Below are positions 53,480 through 64,000 of a stretch of 64,000 bases of DNA, piece by piece. The position numbers and the translations under genes were made by a program. The stretch is taken from NCBI GenBank assembly GCA_964016885.1, contig OZ024743.1, forward strand, positions 321,656,001-321,720,000, written 5' to 3'. The stretch's first letter is position 1. The number at the start of each line of letters is the position of its first letter. The stretch comes from Eledone cirrhosa. Taxonomy: Eukaryota. Below the pieces are notes generated by a model, which ran no database searches, was not told the origin of the DNA, and saw nothing but the letters and a program-made list of their open reading frames with translations.

Positions 53480-55340
53480 TTGAAGTTGAGCCACACAGCA
53501 ATATTGTGTTGAAGGGGACCCACAAAGCAACATTGTGTTGAAGTGGAGCCACACAGCAACATTGTGTTGAAGTGGAGCCACACAGCAACATTGTGTTGAA
53601 GTGGACCCACACAGCAACATCGTGTTGAAGTGGAGACACACAGCAACATTGTGTTGAAGGGGAGCCACACAGCAACGTTGTGTTGAAGTGGAGCCACACA
53701 GCAAAATTGTGTTGAAGTGGAGCGTCACAACAACATTGTGTTGAAGTGGAGGCCACACAGCAACATTGTGCTGAAGTGGAGCTACACAGCAAGATTGTGC
53801 TGAAGTGGAGTCACACCGCAACATTGTGTTGAAGTGGAGTCACACAGCAACATTGTGCTGGAGTGGAGCTACACAGCAACATTGTGCTGGAGTGGATCCA
53901 CACAGCAACATTGTGCTGAAGTGGAGTCACACAGCAACATTGTGTTGAAGTGGAGCTACACAGCAACATTGTGCTGAAGTGGAGCCACACAACAACATTG
54001 TGTTGAATTGGTGCCACACAGCAACATAGTGTTGAAGTGGAACAACACAGCAACATTGTGCTGAAGTGGAGCCACACAGCAACATTGTGTTGAAGTGGAG
54101 CCACACAGCAACATTGTGTTCAAGTGGAGCCACATAGCAACATTGTGTTGAAGTGGAGCCACACATCAACATTGTGTTGAAGTGGAGCCACACAGCAACA
54201 TTGTGTTGAAGTGGAGCCACACAGCAACATTGTGTTGAAGTGGAGCCACATAGCAACATTGTGTTGAAGTGGAGACACACAGCAACATTGTGTTGAAGTG
54301 GAGTCACACAGCAACATTGTGTTGAAGTGGAGTCACACAGCGACATTGTGTTGAAGTGGAGCCACATAGCAACATTGTGTTGAAGTGGAGGCCACACAGC
54401 AACATTGTGCTGAAGTGGAGCTACACAGCAACATTGTGCTGAAGTGGAGTCACACAGCAACATTGTGTTGAAGTGGAGTCACACAGCAATATTGTGTTGA
54501 CGTGGAGCCACACAGCAACATTGTGTTGAAGTGGACCTACACAGCAACATTGTGTTGAAGTGGAGCCAAAAAGCGCAACATTGTGTTGAAGTAGAGCCAG
54601 ATAGCAGCATTGTCCTGAAGTGGAACCACACAGCAACATTAGTGCTGAAGTGGAGCCACATAGCAACATTGTCCTGAAGTGGAGCCACATAGCAACATTG
54701 TCCTGAAGTGGTGCTACACAGCAACATTGTGCTGAAGTGGCGCCACACAGCAACATTGTGTTGAAGTGGAGCCACACAGCAACATTGTGCTGAAGTGGAG
54801 CTACACAGCAACATTGTGTTGAAGTGGAGCCACACAGCAACATTGTGTTCAAGTGGAGCCACATAGCAATATTGTGTTGAAGTGGAGACACACAGCAACA
54901 TTGTGTTGAAGTGGAGCCACACAGCAACATTGTGTTGAAGTGGAAACACACAGCAACATTGTGTTGAAGTGGAGTCTCACAGCAACATTGTGTTGAAGTG
55001 TAGCCACACAGAAAAATTGTGTTGAAGTGGACCCACACAGCAATATTGTGTTGAAGTGGAGCGTCACAGCAATATTGTGTTGAAGTGGAGGCCACACAGC
55101 AACATTGTGCTGAAGTGGAGCTACACAGCAACATTGTGCTGAAGTGGAGTCACACCGCAACACTGTGTTGAAGTGGAGTCACACAGCAATATTGTGTTGA
55201 CGTGGAGCCACACAGCAACATTGTGTTGAAGTGGAGCTACACAGCAACATTGTGCTGGAGTGGAGCTACACAGCAACATTGTGCTGAAGTGGAGTCACAC
55301 AGCAACATTGTGTTGAAGTGGAGCTACACAGCAACATTGT
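53480..55340. repeat. Diverged copy of ~49585-51470 (offset 3896, then 3867)
   Basis: ORF pairs 50031/53927, 50060/53956 and 50224/54120. Shared variants gaattggtgcc, aacatagtg, caaaaagcgc, ccagatagc and ggtgctac. Confidence 0.85.
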
Positions 55341-58300
55341 GCTGAAGTGGAGCCACACAGCAACATTGTGTTGAAATGGTGCCACACAGCAACATTGTGT
55401 TGAAGTGGAACCACACAGCAACATTGTGCTGAAGTGGAGCCACACAGCAACGTTATGTTGAAGTGGAGCCACATAGCAACATTGTGTTGAAGTGGAGACA
55501 CACAGCGACATTGTGTTGAAGTGGAGTCACACAGCAACATTGTGTTGAAGTGGAGTAACACAGCGACATTGTGTTGAAGTGGAGCCACATAGCAACATTG
55601 TGTTGAATTGGAGGCCACACAGCAACATTGTGCTGAAGTGGAGCTACACAGCAACATTGTGCTGAAGTGGAGTCACACAGCAACATTGTGTTGAAGTGGA
55701 GTTACACAGCAATATTGTGTTGACGTGGACCCACACAGCAACATTGTGTTGAAGTGGAGCTACACAGCAACATTGTGCTGGAGTGGAGCTACACAGCAAC
55801 ATTGTGCTGAAGTGGAGTCACACAGCAACATTGTGTTGAAGTGGAGCTACACAGCAACATTGTGCTGAAGTGGAGCCACACAGCAACATTGTGTTGAAGG
55901 GGAGCCACACAGCAACATTGTGTTGAAGTGGACCTACACAGCAACATTGTGTTGAAGTGGAGCCACACAGCAACATTGTGTTGAAGTGGATCCACACGGC
56001 AACATTGTGTTGAAGTAGAGCCACCTAGCAGCATTGTCCTGAAGTGGAACCACACAGCAACATTAGTGCTGAAGTGGAGCCACATAGCAACATTGTCCTG
56101 AAGTGGAGCCACATAGCAACATTGACCTGAAGTGGAGCTACACAGCAACATTGTGCTGGAGTGGAGCTACACAGGAACATTGTGCTGAAGTGGATTCACA
56201 CAGCAACATTGTGTTGAAGTGGAGCTACACAGCAACATTGTGCTGAAGTGGAGCCACACAGCAACATTGTGTTGAAATGGTGCCACACAGCAACATTGTG
56301 TTGAAGTGGAACCACACAGCAACATTGTGTTGAAGTGGAGTCACACAGCAACATTGTGTTGAAGGGGAGCAACACAGCAACATTGTGTTGAAGTGAGGCC
56401 ACACAGCAACATTGTGTTGAAGTGGAGCCACACAGCAACATTGTGCTGAAGTGGAGCCACATAGCAACATTGTCCTGAAGTCGAGCCACATAGCAACATT
56501 GTCCTGAAGTGGAGCTACACAGCAACATTGTGCTGAAGTGGAGTCACACAGCAACATTGTGTTGAAGTGGTGCCACACAGCAACATTGTGCTGAAGTGGA
56601 CCCACACACCAACATTGTGCTGAAGTGGAGCCACACAGCAACATTGTGTTGAAGTGGTGCCACACAGCAACATTGTGTTGAAGGGGAGCCACACAGCAAC
56701 ATTGTGTTGAAGTGGAGCCTCACAGCAACATTGTGTTGAAGTGGAGCCACACAGCAACATTGTGTTGAAATGGTGCCACACAGCAACATTGTGTTGAAGT
56801 GGAACCACACAGCAACATTGTGTTGAAGTGGAGCCACACAGCAACATTGTGTTGAAGTGGAGCCACACAGCAACATTGTGTTGAAGTGGAGCCACATAGC
56901 AACATTGTGTTGAAGTGGAGACACACAGCAACATTGTGTTGAAGTGGTGTCACATAGCAACATTGTGTTGAAGTGGATCCACACAGCAATATTGTGTTGA
57001 AGTGGACCCACACAGCAACATTGTGTTGAAGTGGAGCCACACATCAACATTGTGTTGAAGTGGAGCCACACAGCAACGTTGTGTTGAAGTGGAGCCACAC
57101 AGCAACATTGTGTTTAAGTGGAGCCACACAGCAACATTGTGTTGAAGTGGAGCCACACAGCAACATTGTGTTGAAGTGGAGTCACACAGCAACATTGTGT
57201 TCAAGTGGAGCCAAACAGCGCAACATTGTGTTGAAGTAGAGCCACATAGCAGCATTGTCCTGAAGTGGAACCACACAGCAACATTAGTGCTGAAGTGGAG
57301 CCACATAGCAACATTGTCCTGAAGTGGAGCCACATAGCAACATTGTCCTGAAGTGGAGCTACACAGCAACATTGTGCTGAAGTGGAGTCACACAGCAACA
57401 TTGTGTTGAAGTGGTGCCACACAGCAACATTGTGCTGAAGTGGACCCACACACCAACATTGTGCTGAAGTGGAGCCACACAGCAACATTGTGTTGAAGTG
57501 GAGCCACACAGCAACATTGTGTTGAAGGGGAGCCACACAGCAACATTGTGTTGAAGTGGAGCCTCACAGCAACATTGTGTTGAAATGGTGCCACACAGCA
57601 ACATTGTGTTGAAGTGGAACCACACAGCAACATTGTGTTGAAGTGGAGCCACACAGCAACATTGTGTTCAAGTGGAGCCACATAGCAACATTGTGTTGAA
57701 GTGGAGCCACACATCAACATTGTGTTGAAGTGGAGCCACACAGCAACATTGTGTTGAAGTGGAGCCACATAGCAACATTGTGTTGAAGTGGAGACACACA
57801 GCAACATTGTGTTGAAGTGGTGTTACATAGCAACATTGTGTTGAAGTGGAGCCACACAGCAATATTGTGTTGAAGTGGACCCACACAGCAACATTGTGTT
57901 GAAGTGGAGCCACACATCAACATTGTGTTGAAGTGGAGCCACACAGCAACGTTGTGTTGAAGTGGAGCCACACAGCAACGTTGTGTTTAAGTGGAGCCAC
58001 ACAGCAACGTTGTGTTGAAGTGGAGCCACACAGCAACATTGTGTTGAAGTGGAGCCACACAGCAACATTGTGTTGAAGTGGAGCCACACAGCAATATTGT
58101 GTTGAAGTGGACCCACACAGCAACATTGTGTTGAAGTGGAGCCAGACATCAACATTGTGTTGAAGTGGAGACACACAGCAACATTGTGTTGAAGTGGACT
58201 CACACATCAACATCGTGTTGAAGTGGAGACACACAGCAACATTGTGTTGAAGGGGAGCCACACAGCAACATTGTTTGGAGTGGATCCACACAGCAACATT

Positions 58301-59804
58301 GTGTTGAAGTGGAGCGACACAGCAACGTTGTGCTGAAGGGGAGCCACACAGCAACATTGTGTTGAAGTGGAGTCACACAGCGACATTGTGTTGAAGTGGA
58401 GCCACATAGCAACATTGTGTTGAAGTGGAGGCCACACAGCAACATTGTGCTGAAGTGGAGCTACACAGCAACATTGTGCTGAAGTGGAGTCACACAGCAA
58501 CATTGTGTTGAAGTGGAGTCACACATCAATATTGTGTTGACGTGGACCCACACAGCAACATTGTGTTGAAGTGGAGCTACACAGCAACATTGTGTTGATG
58601 TGGAGCGACACAGCAACATTGTGTTGAAGTAGAGGCCACACAGCAACATTGTGCTGAAGTGAAGCTACACAGCAATATTGTGTTGAAGTGGAGCCACACA
58701 GCAACATTGTGTTGAAGTGGAGCCACACAGCAACATTGTGTTGAAGTGGAGCCACACAGCAACATTGTGTTGAAAGTGGACCCACACAGCAACATTGTGT
58801 TGAAGTGGAGACACACAGCAACATTGTGTTGAAGGGGAGCCACACAGCAACATTGTTTTGAAGTGGAGCCACACAGCAACATTGTGTTGAAGTGGAGCGA
58901 CACAGAAACATTGTGATGAAGGGGAGCCACACAGCAACATTGTGTTGAAGTGGAGCCACACATCGACATTGTGTTGAAGTGGAGCCACACAGCAACATTG
59001 TGTTGAAGTGGAGACACACAGCAACATTGTGTTGAAGTGGAGCCACACAGCAACGTTGTGCTGAAGAGGAGCCACACAGCAACATTGTGTTGAAGTGGAC
59101 CTATACAGCAACATTGTGTTGAAGTGGACCCACATAGCAACATTGTGTTGAAGAGGAGCCACACAGCAACATTGTTTTGAAGTGGAGCCACACAGCAATA
59201 TTGTGTTGAAGTCGAGCCACACAGCAACATTGTGTTGAAGTGGACCCACACAGCAACTTTGTGTTGAAGTGGAGTCACACAGCGCAACATTGTGTTGAAG
59301 TAGAGCCACATAGCAGCATTGTCCTGAAGTGGAACCACACAGCAACATTAGTGCTGAAGTGGAGCCACATAGCAACATTGTCCTGAAGTGGAGCCACATA
59401 GCAACATTGTCCTGAAGTGGAGCTACACAGCAACATTGTGCTGAAGTGGAGCTACACAGCAACATTTTGTTGAAGTGGACCCACACAGCAACATTGTGTT
59501 GAAGTGGAGCCACACAGCAACATCGTGTTGAAGTGGAGCCACACAGCAACATTGTGTTGAAGTGGAGCCACACAGCAACATTGTGTTGAAGTGGACCCAC
59601 ACATCAACATCGTGTTGAAGTGGAGACACACAGCAACATTGTGTTGAAGGGAAGCCACACAGCAACATTGTTTGGAGTGGATCCACACAGCAACATTGTG
59701 TTGAAGTGGAGCGACACAGCAACATTGTGCTGAAGGGGAGCCACACAGCAGCATTGTGTTGAAGTGGAGTCACACAGCGACATTGTGTTGAAGTGGAGCC
59801 ACAT

Positions 59805-62800
59805 AGCAACATTGTGTTGAAGTGGAGGCCACACAGCAACATTGTGCTGAAGTGGAGCTACACAGCAACATTGTGCTGAAGTGGAGTCACACAGCAACAT
59901 TGTGTTGAAGTGGAGTCACACAGCAATATTGTGTTGACGTGGACCCACACAGCAACATTGTGTTGAAGTGGAGCTACACAGCAACATTGTGCTGGAGTGG
60001 AGCTACACAGCAACATTGTGCTGAAGTGGAACCACCAGCAACATTGTGTTTAAGTGGAGCTACACACCAACATTGTGCTGAAGTGGAGTCACACAGCAAC
60101 ATTGTGTTGAAATGGTGCCACACAGCAACATTGTGTTGAAGTGGAACCACACAGCAACATTGTGTTGAAGTGGAGCCACACAGCAACATTGTGTTGAAGG
60201 GGAGCCAGACAGCAACATTGTGTTGAAGTGGGGCCACACAGCAACATTGTGTTGAAGTGGAGCCACACAGCAACATTGTGCTGAAGTGGAGCCACATAGC
60301 AACATTGTCCTGAAGTCGAGCCACACAGCAACATTGTGTTGAAGTGGAACCACACAGCAACATTGTGTTGAAGTGGACCCACACAGCAATATTGTGTTGA
60401 AGTGGAGCCACACAGCAACATTGTGTTGAAGTGGACCTACACAGCAACATTGTGTTGAAGTGGAGCCACACAGCGCAACATTGTGTTGAAGTAGATCCAC
60501 ATAGCAGCATTGTCCTGAAGTGGAACCACACAGCAACATTAGTGCTGAAGTGGAGCCACATAGCAACATTGTCCTGAAGTGGAGATACACAGCAACATCG
60601 TGCTGAAGTGGAGTCACACAGCAACATTGTGTTGAAGTGGTGCCACACAGCAACATTGTGCTGAAGTGGACCCACACACCAACATTGTGCTGAAGTGGAG
60701 CCACACAGCAACATTGTGTTGAAGTGGAGCCATACAGCAACATTGTGTTGAAGGGGAGCCACACAGCAACATTGTGTTGAAGTGGAGCCTCACAGCAACA
60801 TTGTGTTGAAGTGGAGGCCACACAGCAACATTGTGCTGAAGTTGAGCCACACAGCAACATTGTGTTGAAGTGGAGCCACACAGCAACATTGTGTTCAGGT
60901 GGAGCCACATAGCAACATTGTGTTGAAGTGGAGACACACAGCAACATTGTGTTGAAGTGGAGCCACACAGCAACATTGTGTTGAAGTGGAGTCACACAGC
61001 GACATTGTGTTGAAGTGGAGCCACACAGCAACATTGTGTTGAAGGGGACCCACACAGCAACATTGTGTTGAAGTGGAGCCACACAGCAACATTGTGTTGA
61101 AGTGGAGCCACACAGCAACATTGTGTTGAAGGGGACCCACACAGCAACATTGTGTTGAAGTGGAGCCACACAGCAACATTGTGTTGAAGTGGAGCCACAC
61201 AGCAACATTGTGTTGAAGTGGACCCACATAGCAACATCGTGTTGAAGTGGAGCCACACAGCAACATTGTGTTGAAGTGGAGCCACACAGCAACATTGTGT
61301 TGAAGTGGAGCCACACAGCAATATTGTGTTCAAGTGGAGCCACATAGCAACATTGTGTTGAAGTGGACCCACACAGCAACATTGTGTTGAAGTGGAGCCA
61401 CACATCAACATTGTGTTGAAGTGGAGCCACACAGCAACATTGTGTTGAAGTGGAGCCACACAGCAACATTGTGTTGAAGTGGAGCCACACAGCAACATTG
61501 TGTTGAAGTGGAGCCACACAGCAACATTGTGTTGAAGTGGAGCCACACAGCAATATTGTGTTGAAGGGGACCCACACAGCAACATTGTGTTGAAGTGGAG
61601 CCACACAGCAACATTGTGTTGAAGTGGAGCCACACAGCAACATTGTGTTGAAGTGGAGCCACACAGCAACATCGTGTTGAAGTGGAGTCACACAGCAACA
61701 TTGTGTTGAAATGGTGCCACACAGCAACATTGTGTTGAAGTGGAACCACACAGCAACATTGTGTTGAAGTGGAGCCACACAGCAACATTGTGTTGAAGGG
61801 GAGCCAGACAGCAACATTGTGTTGAAGTGGAGGCCACACAGCAACATTGTGCTGAAGTGGAGCTACACAGCAACATTGTGCTGAAGTGGAGTCACACAGC
61901 AACATTGTGTTGAAGTGGAGTCACACAGCAATATTGTGTTGACGTGGACCCACACAGCAACATTGTGTTGAAGTGGAGCTACACAGCAACATTGTGCTGG
62001 AGTGGAGCTACACAGCAACATTGTGCTGAAGTGGAGTCACACAGCAACATTGTGTTTAAGTGGAGCTACACACCAACATTGTGCTGAAGTGGAGTCACAC
62101 AGCAACATTGTGTTGAAATGGTGCCACACAGCAACATTGTGTTGAAGTGGAACCACACAGCAACATTGTGTTGAAGTGGAGCCACACAGCAACATTGTGT
62201 TGAAGGGGAGCCAGACAGCAACATTGTGTTGAAGTGGGGCCACACAGCAACATTGTGTTGAAGTGGAGCCACACAGCAACATTGTGCTGAAGTGGAGCCA
62301 CATAGCAACATTGTCCTGAAGTCGAGCCACACAGCAACATTGTGTTGAAGTGGAACCACACAGCAACATTGTGTTGAAGTGGACCCACACAGCAATATTG
62401 TGTTGAAGTGGAGCCACACAGCAACATTGTGTTGAAGTGGACCTACACAGCAACATTGTGTTGAAGTGGAGCCACACAGCGCAACATTGTGTTGAAGTAG
62501 ATCCACATAGCAGCATTGTCCTGAAGTGGAACCACACAGCAACATTAGTGCTGAAGTGGAGCCACATAGCAACATTGTCCTGAAGTGGAGATACACAGCA
62601 ACATCGTGCTGAAGTGGAGTCACACAGCAACATTGTGTTGAAGTGGTGCCACACAGCAACATTGTGCTGAAGTGGACCCACACACCAACATTGTGCTGAA
62701 GTGGAGCCACACAGCAACATTGTGTTGAAGTGGAGCCATACAGCAACATTGTGTTGAAGGGGAGCCACACAGCAACATTGTGTTGAAGTGGAGCCTCACA

Positions 62801-63693
62801 GCAACATTGTGTTGAAGTGGAGGCCACACAGCAACATTGTGCTGAAGTTGAGCCACACAGCAACATTGTGTTGAAGTGGAGCCACACAGCAACATTGTGT
62901 TCAGGTGGAGCCACATAGCAACATTGTGTTGAAGTGGAGACACACAGCAACATTGTGTTGAAGTGGAGCCACACAGCAACATTGTGTTGAAGTGGAGTCA
63001 CACAGCGACATTGTGTTGAAGTGGAGCCACACAGCAACATTGTGTTGAAGGGGACCCACACAGCAACATTGTGTTGAAGTGGAGCCACACAGCAACATTG
63101 TGTTGAAGTGGAGCCACACAGCAACATTGTGTTGAAGGGGACCCACACAGCAACATTGTGTTGAAGTGGAGCCACACAGCAACATTGTGTTGAAGTGGAG
63201 CCACACAGCAACATTGTGTTGAAGTGGAGCCACACAGCAACATCGTGTTGAAGTGGAGCCACACAGCAACATTGTGTTGAAGTGGAGCCACACAGCAACA
63301 TTGTGTTGAAGTGGAGCCACACAGCAATATTGTGTTCAAGTGGAGCCACATAGCAACATTGTGTTGAAGTGGACCCACACAGCAACATTGTGTTGAAGTG
63401 GAGCCACACATCAACATTGTGTTGAAGTGGAGCCACACAGCAACATTGTGTTGAAGTGGAGCCACACAGCAACATTGTGTTGAAGTGGAGCCACACAGCA
63501 ACATTGTGTTGAAGTGGAGCCACACAGCAACATTGTGTTGAAGTGGAGCCACACAGCAATATTGTGTTGAAGGAGACCCACACAGCAACATTGTGTTGAA
63601 GTGGAGCCACACAGCAACATTGTGTTGAAGTGGAGCCACACAGCAACATTGTGTTGAAGTGGAGCCACACAGCAACATCGTGTTGAAGTGGAG
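59805..63693. repeat. Near-identical tandem duplication, unit about 2006 bp (69 monomers + 5 nt)
   Basis: ORF pairs 60089/62095, 60614/62620 and 60895/62901. Shared variants gtagatcc, ggagatac, ggggagccagac and ttcaggtgg. Confidence 0.92.
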
Positions 63694-64000
63694 CCACACA
63701 GCAACATTGTGTTGAAGTGGAGCCACATAGCAACATTGTGTTGAAGTGGACCCACACAGCAACATCGTGTTGAAGTGGAGACACACAGCAACATTGTGTT
63801 GAAGGGGAGCCACACAGCAACATTGTTTGGAGTGGATCCACACAGCAACATTGTGTTGAAGTGGAGCGACACAGCAACGTTGTGCTGAAGGGGAGCCACA
63901 CAGCAACATTGTGTTGAAGTGGAGTCACACAGCGACATTGTGTTGAAGTGGAGCCACATAGCAACATTGTGTTGAAGTGGAGGCCACACAGCAACATTGT

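Larger units (their letters stand above)
1..64000. repeat. Satellite DNA: tandem array of a 29-bp monomer (TTGAAGTGGAGCCACACAGCAACATTGTG), about 2,200 copies, truncated at both window edges
   Basis: Read directly. The monomer recurs every 29 nt from base 1 to base 64000, mostly with 0-3 substitutions and occasional 1-2 nt indels. No unique sequence or inversion was seen. Confidence 0.99.

Noticed and set aside
274-63997. Cys/His-rich minus-strand ORFs as real genes (metallothionein-, keratin-associated- or zinc-finger-like)
   Set aside because: All are translations of the 29-bp repeat and overlap in all three frames. They have no unique termini, no C2H2 spacing or TGEKP linkers, and frequent stop-creating variants and non-triplet indels.
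1-64000. CRISPR array (29-bp, partly palindromic repeat)
   Set aside because: The repeats abut directly with no unique spacers, no leader and no cas genes.
1-64000. Telomeric repeat, CENP-B box or alpha satellite
   Set aside because: No TTAGGG-type tract, no TTCG....A..CGGG motif and no 171-bp periodicity were seen.
1-64000. Fungal RIP signature (CpA>TpA variants such as cacata, aatatt, gagcta)
   Set aside because: Most CpA and TpG sites remain intact, transversions are common, and kb-scale duplicates are nearly identical, which RIP would not leave.
1-64000. Variant monomers as an encoded message or programmed diversification cassette system
   Set aside because: The order of variants is adequately explained by ordinary duplication, deletion and conversion. 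No recombinase, reverse transcriptase, promoter or expression site is present in the window.

Overview
The whole 64-kb window is one uninterrupted head-to-tail tandem array (satellite DNA) of a 29-bp monomer, consensus TTGAAGTGGAGCCACACAGCAACATTGTG. It holds about 2,200 copies (64000/29), all in the same orientation, and runs off both ends. I see no genes, RNA genes, transposons or CRISPR spacers. The hundreds of minus-strand ORFs are an artefact: the consensus has no stop codon on that strand, and because 29 is not divisible by 3 all three frames give the same 29-aa periodic peptide. The real information lies in the variant monomers. They show recurring multi-monomer cassettes in shuffled order, nested tandem duplications (203, 406, 407, 1569, 1600, 2006, about 2326-2355, 2468 and 6848 bp), long-range dispersed copies, a more diverged sub-domain present twice, and one clear gene-conversion-like patch. 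I found no support for a novel protein-coding system. The host is probably a eukaryote but cannot be identified from the sequence alone. Offsets come from the ORF track and were checked by eye; block boundaries are approximate.
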